DNA of 62,000 nucleotides from Hyalangium minutum (GTDB lineage Bacteria; Myxococcota; Myxococcia; Myxococcales; Myxococcaceae): NCBI RefSeq assembly GCF_000737315.1, contig NZ_JMCB01000008.1, positions 206,001 to 268,000 of the forward strand, read 5' to 3'. Shown piece by piece: positions 57,244 to 62,000 of this stretch (position 1 is its first letter; each line of letters starts with the position of its first letter). The notes under the pieces were generated by a model. It saw only the letters and a program-made list of their open reading frames with translations, ran no database searches and was not told where the DNA came from. The position numbers and the translations under genes were made by a program.

Positions 57244-57903
57244 ATGAAGCGCCCAGTCTTACTGCTGGCCCTCGTGTTCGCTCTCCCGGTCCCCGTGGCT
57301 GCGCAAGGGGCGGCTCCAGCCCGCGAGGAGTGGTCCTTTGGGACGGTGGTGGCCCCGGCCATGCTGCCGGAGGGGGCCTCCTCCGTGTACGGCTACATCG
57401 GTGTGCCCGAGATGGGAGGGGGCTACCGGCAGGGACTCTCCCTGTTCGAGATCGAGGCCCGGGGGCGGCTGGACTACTTCCGGCTGGCGGGCATCCTGGA
57501 AGTCGGGGCGCGCAAGACGGTGGTGAGCGACGGGCCCACGACCATCGCTCCCACGCTGAGCCTGGGGCTGGTGTTCAACTCGGGCAGCGCGTACCTGGAC
57601 GCGGACAACTTCGGCGGAACCCTGGTGCGCATCACCCCGGGGCTCATCATCGGCTGGCGGGTGGCGGACACGGTGATGCTGCTGGGGCTCTTGGACTTGC
57701 CGGTGGACCTGGGACTGGACCCCACGGGGGCGCGGCGGTTCCAGGCGCTCACGGGCGGAGGGGCGGAGTTCTACCTGGGCTCGGGGATTTCGCTGCTCAC
57801 GGCGGGGCAGATCGGCGTGGAGAGCTTCAAGGCGCCGCTGAAGGACAATGAGGTGCGGCTGGGCTACCAGGTGCGGCTGGGCATCGGCACGCGGCTGTTC
57901 TGA
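57244..57903 (+). CDS. Outer-membrane beta-barrel protein
   Basis: Signal peptide, alternating amphipathic strands, ends LGIGTRLF. Confidence 0.8.
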   Translation: MKRPVLLLALVFALPVPVAAQGAAPAREEWSFGTVVAPAMLPEGASSVYGYIGVPEMGGGYRQGLSLFEIEARGRLDYFRLAGILEVGARKTVVSDGPTTIAPTLSLGLVFNSGSAYLDADNFGGTLVRITPGLIIGWRVADTVMLLGLLDLPVDLGLDPTGARRFQALTGGGAEFYLGSGISLLTAGQIGVESFKAPLKDNEVRLGYQVRLGIGTRLF

Positions 57904-57921
57904 GACACGTCCCAGCCGCGC

Positions 57922-59298
57922 TCACGTGAGCCCATAGCGCTCGAGCTTCTTGAGCAGCCCCTGCCGGGAGAGCCCGAGCGCCTCGGCGGTATGGGTGCGG
58001 TTGCCATGGAAGCGGCGCAGGGCCTCCTCGATCTCCCGGCGCTCCAGGGCCTCCACCTTCTGCTGGAGCGTGGTGGCCCCTGGGGCGGGCGTGCGCGGAC
58101 GATCGCTGCCGGTGAAGGACAAGTCTTCGGGCTGAATCTCGCGCCGCTCGCCCGCGAGCACGGAGGTGCGCTGCATCTCATGGCGCAGCTCGCGCAGGTT
58201 GCCGGGCCAGGGGTGCGACAGGAGCGCCTCGGTGGCGGCGTCCGAGAGCTGCCGGGCGCGGCCATCCGGGCACAGGTGAGCACACTGGTTGAGGAAGTGC
58301 CGCGCGAGCAGCGGCAGATCCGCGGTGCGCTGGCGCAGGGGCGGCAGGTGCACCTCCACGCCTTTGATGCGCCAGTAGAGGTCCTCGCGGAAGGTGCCGG
58401 CCTGCTGCATCGCTCCGAGGTCCTTGTTGGTGGCGGACAGGCAGCGCACGTCCACGCGCGAGGGCCGATCCGCGCCGACGGGGAGGATGTCCCCCGTCTC
58501 CAGAGCGCGCAGCACCTTCACCTGGAGCGAAGGCGTCATGTCGCCGATCTCATCGAGGAAGAGCGTGCCGCCGTCGGCCTCGGCGAACAGACCACGGTGG
58601 TCCCGCGTGGCGCCGGTGAAGGCGCCCTTCACGTGGCCAAAGAGGGCGCTCTCCAGCAGGTTCTCGGGGAGCGCACCGCAGTTGACGGGGATGAAGGGCC
58701 CGGCGTGGCGGCGGCTCTTGAGGTGAATGGAGCGGGCGAGCAGCTCTTTACCGGTGCCGTTCTCGCCGGTGATGAGGACGGGGAGATCGCTGGCGGCGAT
58801 GCGCTCGGCGAGCGAGACGGCGGAGAGGAACGGCGCGCTCTGCCCCACCATGGCGGTGTCCCCACCGGCGCGGGCGAGCGAGGACTGCAGGGCCTCCACC
58901 TGCCGCTCCAGGGCGACGCGGGCCAGGGCACGCTGCACCACCACGAGGAGCACGTCCGGATCCACGGGCTTGGTGAGGAAGTCGTAGGCGCCCAGGCGGA
59001 TGGCCTCGAGCGAGTGGCGCGTGTCCCCCGCGCCGGAGACGACGATGACCTTGGTACCGGGCCGTGCGGCCAGCAGCGCGCCGAGCTGCTCCAGCCCAGC
59101 GGACACGCTGCCATCCGGCGGGAGCATCAGATCCAGCAGGACGAGGGGAAACGCGCGGGCCTCCACTGCGGCGCGGGCGGAGGGGCGATCCGCGGCCTCG
59201 ACGAGCTCATGGCCCGCGTCACGCAGCAGCCCGCCATAGACCTTGCGAAAGGCCGCGTCGTCATCGACGAGGAGCAGCGGAGGGAGAGAGGGGCTCAT
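57922..59298 (-). CDS. Sigma54-dependent response regulator (NtrC family)
   Basis: LVDDD, LLDL, GENGTGKEL, LFGHVKGAFTGA, FLDEIGD, WPGNLREL, Fis HTH. Confidence 0.96.
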   Translation of the reverse strand: MSPSLPPLLLVDDDAAFRKVYGGLLRDAGHELVEAADRPSARAAVEARAFPLVLLDLMLPPDGSVSAGLEQLGALLAARPGTKVIVVSGAGDTRHSLEAIRLGAYDFLTKPVDPDVLLVVVQRALARVALERQVEALQSSLARAGGDTAMVGQSAPFLSAVSLAERIAASDLPVLITGENGTGKELLARSIHLKSRRHAGPFIPVNCGALPENLLESALFGHVKGAFTGATRDHRGLFAEADGGTLFLDEIGDMTPSLQVKVLRALETGDILPVGADRPSRVDVRCLSATNKDLGAMQQAGTFREDLYWRIKGVEVHLPPLRQRTADLPLLARHFLNQCAHLCPDGRARQLSDAATEALLSHPWPGNLRELRHEMQRTSVLAGERREIQPEDLSFTGSDRPRTPAPGATTLQQKVEALERREIEEALRRFHGNRTHTAEALGLSRQGLLKKLERYGLT

Positions 59299-59314
59299 GG
59301 CAGCAGATCCTGGT

Positions 59315-59548
59315 TTACTCCGGCAGCGGTGCCTGACGCGGCGTGCCCATCAGCTCCAGCGTGCGGGCGGCCACACGGATGAGGGTCTGGGCGCAGGGCT
59401 CACAGCCGCCCCCACAGCACACGGGCCAGCGGCCCTCGGGGTTCCTCAGGAGCGGCCGGACCGAGGACCGGTAATACGAGGGCAGCTTCAGCTCCTCACT
59501 GGCGCGGGTGAGCGCGGCTTCGAGCGGAGAATCGGAGGCGTCGGACAC
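59315..59548 (-). CDS. Small Cys-cluster protein (oxidoreductase-like domain), 77 aa
   Basis: CCGGGCEPC motif. Confidence 0.7.
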   Translation of the reverse strand: MSDASDSPLEAALTRASEELKLPSYYRSSVRPLLRNPEGRWPVCCGGGCEPCAQTLIRVAARTLELMGTPRQAPLPE

Positions 59549-59555
59549 GCCCTGT

Positions 59556-61457
59556 CTATAACCCGCTCGAGCCCCCCGCGCCCACGGCCGTCACCGCCAC
59601 ACAGGCCTGGCGCTCGGTGACGCCGCGCAGCTCGGCCTCGAAGCGCGTGGCATCCAGGCGCTCCTCGCGGATGCGCTCGGCGATCTCCGGGTGCTGAAAG
59701 AGGCTCTCCAGGAGGACCACCTGCCCTCCCCTCGCCTTGCCCTGCAGGCGCGCCGCCAGGTTCACCGTGCTCCCGAAGAGATCCAACCGCTGGTTGGCGC
59801 GCACGGCGAGGCACGGGCCCTCGTGGAGCCCCACCTTCAAGCGCAGCCCATGGTGGCTGTGGAGCTGCTCCGTCTCGCGCACCATCTGCAGGGCCGCCGC
59901 GAAGGCCTGCCCGGCGCGAGGAAAGGCGGCCATCACCGCGTCCCCCATCGTCTTGAGCACCGCGCCCTCGTGGCTCGCGACGGCCCGCGCCACCGTCTGG
60001 AAGTGCTGCTCGATGAGGGCGAAAGCCCGCGCATCGCCGATCTGCTCATAGAGCGAGGTGCTGCCCGTGAGGTCCGTGAACAGCACCACCATGGAGCCGA
60101 TGGACAGCTCCATCCCCACAGCCGGGGCCTCAGCGGAGAACAGGCTGTGGAAGTCCGGCACCGCGAGCACGTCCTTACCGAGCGCCGCCTCGGGCAGCCA
60201 GTCCACGCGCTCGATGGCGAACTCCTCCTCGCGAGGCGTGTCATTGACGAGCAGGAGTGAGACCCCCGACCCCTCCGCCGTGCCCTCCGCAGGAGCCACC
60301 GCGAGCGTCTGGGGGCCCAGCGTCACCTGGAGCCGGGCGCCGGGCTTCACGGGGAGCGCGGTGCGGTAGCGCAGCATGGCCGTGCGCAGGGCATAAGCAC
60401 TGTCCGGCAGCTCCAGGGACACCTCCCGTCGGCTGTGCGGAGCGACGATGAAGTTCGCCCGCACGTGGGGCCGGAACCAGGGCGAGCCCGCGCTGTACGT
60501 GCCCGGAGCCAGCATGCGAATGGCCGGGCTCACCCGGAAGATCGCCTCCACGTTCGACGCGAAGTCCAGGCCGAAGGAGCGGTCGCAGTCGACGCAGTAG
60601 CCCTCGCGCTTCAAGCCGTCGAGGTTGGGCACCTCCTGCACGCCCTCGCGGCACATGGGGCAATCCAGCTGCCACTGGAGCTCATAGAGCCCCGCCCTCG
60701 CCGCGTGCAGGAAGGCCTGAAGCACCTCCCGCCGCTCGAAGTCCCAGGTGCTCGCGAGCTCGAACGGGCGGATCTGCCGCAGCTCATCGTCGAAGGCCTC
60801 CTGGATGAAGCGGACCATGCGCTCCCGGAGCTCGGGCTTGACCGGAGCGCTGGCGAAGCGCTGCGCCCGGAGCTGGAGCTCCTTGTCCAGCACGAGCCCT
60901 CGGAGACCAAACGCCGATCCATCCGGCTCCAGCTGGCCGAGCAGGTGCCGCAGCTGGATGACGGCGGGCTCCGGGCCCGGCTCCAGGGAGACCTTCATCC
61001 GCGCACGCATGAAGAGCCGAGCCAGGGCATCGATGTAGAGCTTCAGCCCCTGCTCGAAGGCCTGGATGAGCCGGCCCTCGACGCGCGAGTCCAGCGGCTT
61101 GTCCGCCTCGGCGTACACGGTGACGGAGACGCGGGAGCCCCCGGGCACGGACTGCAGCTCCGCGCGGATGCCGCTCTCGCGAATGGGGCCGGCCAGGTAC
61201 CGGCGCAGGGCGTGGATGAACTGGCCCTCCACCCACTCGCCTCGCTCCAGCCACTCGGCCTCGCCCCAAGACTGGTAGGCGTGACCGATGCGGGCGCGGA
61301 CTTGCTCGCTCTCGGCGCCGAGCATGCGGTAGCGATAATCGGTGGGATTCATGCCCACGATCCGGTCCCACCGGTTCGTATCCGCGACGAGCCCCCACAC
61401 GAGCTCGGGGGGCGCGGGCAACTGACGCTCCTGGGTTCGGGAGTACTGAATCGCCAT
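59556..61457 (-). CDS. Class III adenylate cyclase with SRPBCC/START-like N-terminus and zinc-ribbon (DUF5939-like) middle
   Basis: VLFTDLTGST, KTMGDAVMA, DLFGSTVNLAARLQ; CPMC...CVDC. Confidence 0.9.
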   Translation of the reverse strand: MAIQYSRTQERQLPAPPELVWGLVADTNRWDRIVGMNPTDYRYRMLGAESEQVRARIGHAYQSWGEAEWLERGEWVEGQFIHALRRYLAGPIRESGIRAELQSVPGGSRVSVTVYAEADKPLDSRVEGRLIQAFEQGLKLYIDALARLFMRARMKVSLEPGPEPAVIQLRHLLGQLEPDGSAFGLRGLVLDKELQLRAQRFASAPVKPELRERMVRFIQEAFDDELRQIRPFELASTWDFERREVLQAFLHAARAGLYELQWQLDCPMCREGVQEVPNLDGLKREGYCVDCDRSFGLDFASNVEAIFRVSPAIRMLAPGTYSAGSPWFRPHVRANFIVAPHSRREVSLELPDSAYALRTAMLRYRTALPVKPGARLQVTLGPQTLAVAPAEGTAEGSGVSLLLVNDTPREEEFAIERVDWLPEAALGKDVLAVPDFHSLFSAEAPAVGMELSIGSMVVLFTDLTGSTSLYEQIGDARAFALIEQHFQTVARAVASHEGAVLKTMGDAVMAAFPRAGQAFAAALQMVRETEQLHSHHGLRLKVGLHEGPCLAVRANQRLDLFGSTVNLAARLQGKARGGQVVLLESLFQHPEIAERIREERLDATRFEAELRGVTERQACVAVTAVGAGGSSGL

Positions 61458-61748
61458 GAGCCCAGCGTACCCCCTGGGCTCTCGCCTGTGTGAGAGAGCT
61501 TGCTTGACTCGCGTACAGAGGCTCTCTACCGTCTCCAAGACGATGCTTCTCTTCTGTGCCCGCTCCATGACGTTCGCCTGCGGCTGTTGTTGCCGCGGCG
61601 TACGCTGTTAGCGCTGGCGTGAAGAGACCGCTCCCGCTGTTCCCCTGAGCCTCTGCCGCCGACGCCGCTGGCCCCACGCCAGCGCCCGCGCGTCCGCCGT
61701 GCTCCCCGCCCAGTTCCCCGCCGTCCCCCCGCATGTCCTGGAGTGCCC

Positions 61749-62000
61749 ATGCCCATCACCCGCCTCGAACCCCATGATGACTACCTGCGCGTCCACTTCA
61801 CTCCGGGAGAAGGACCTCGCCACGCCGACTTCCACTGGTTCTGGCTGCGGCACAACTCCGAGCTGGACCGGCACCCACTCACGAACGAGCGCATCGTCTG
61901 CTCGTCGGAGCTGCCGCTCGATCCCCAGCCCAAGGCCGTGCGCATCGGCGAGGGCGCGGATTCCTTGGACATCGACTGGGGCGACCGGGCCGACGGCAAG
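61749..62000 (+). CDS. N-terminus of a gamma-butyrobetaine-hydroxylase-like (TauD/TfdA) dioxygenase, runs off window (not in ORF track)
   Basis: MPITRLEPHDDYLRVHF...DFHWFWLRHN...HPLTNER...LDIDWGD after GGAG. Confidence 0.7.
   Translation, partial: MPITRLEPHDDYLRVHFTPGEGPRHADFHWFWLRHNSELDRHPLTNERIVCSSELPLDPQPKAVRIGEGADSLDIDWGDRADGK

Noticed and set aside
61460-61748. Riboswitch in the long leader of the dioxygenase-like gene
   Set aside because: I could not match any aptamer consensus (SAM, guanidine, cobalamin, TPP). An Rfam scan would settle it.

Overview
High-GC window from a myxobacterium (Cystobacterineae-like; this is inferred from gene content and codon style, not from a database search). 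The core backbone is murA (partial), tRNA-Gly(CCC), serC, DUF1015, a RamB/PrpR-type XRE regulator, pepA, pyrF, a DsbA-like lipoprotein, lpxC, ruvB, ileS, ruvA-ruvC-yebC, an NtrC-type regulator and a class III cyclase. It is interrupted by four accessory blocks. (1) About 6.4-15.3 kb, downstream of a radical-SAM gene with a LexA-box-like promoter. Here a TetR/NmrA/kinase-remnant cassette is flanked by a 62-bp duplication of that gene's 3' end. Next come an amidohydrolase/TetR pair, Dps, a CNF1-like Cys-His deamidase candidate, a 19-codon fossil of a TreS-like gene and an active+dead trypsin pair. (2) About 17.1-25.4 kb, between DUF1015 and serC. An ECF sigma/anti-sigma/caspase-beta-barrel/Cys-rich lipoprotein operon converges on a YceI/lipoprotein precursor/DUF692 (MNIO)/DUF2063 RiPP operon, and each has an ECF-type AACC-N16-CG promoter. 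(3) 30.8-32.5 kb, a lipoprotein nuclease-like toxin broken by one in-frame TGA, followed by an intact DUF3396 immunity gene. (4) 45.3-47.7 kb, a 40-bp-phased palindrome array, a Ser/Thr kinase with altered catalytic motifs and an orphan Rpn C-terminal (RpnS-like) ORF. IleRS has a KESKS loop followed by a roughly 110-aa insertion. All family assignments come from motif recognition by eye.
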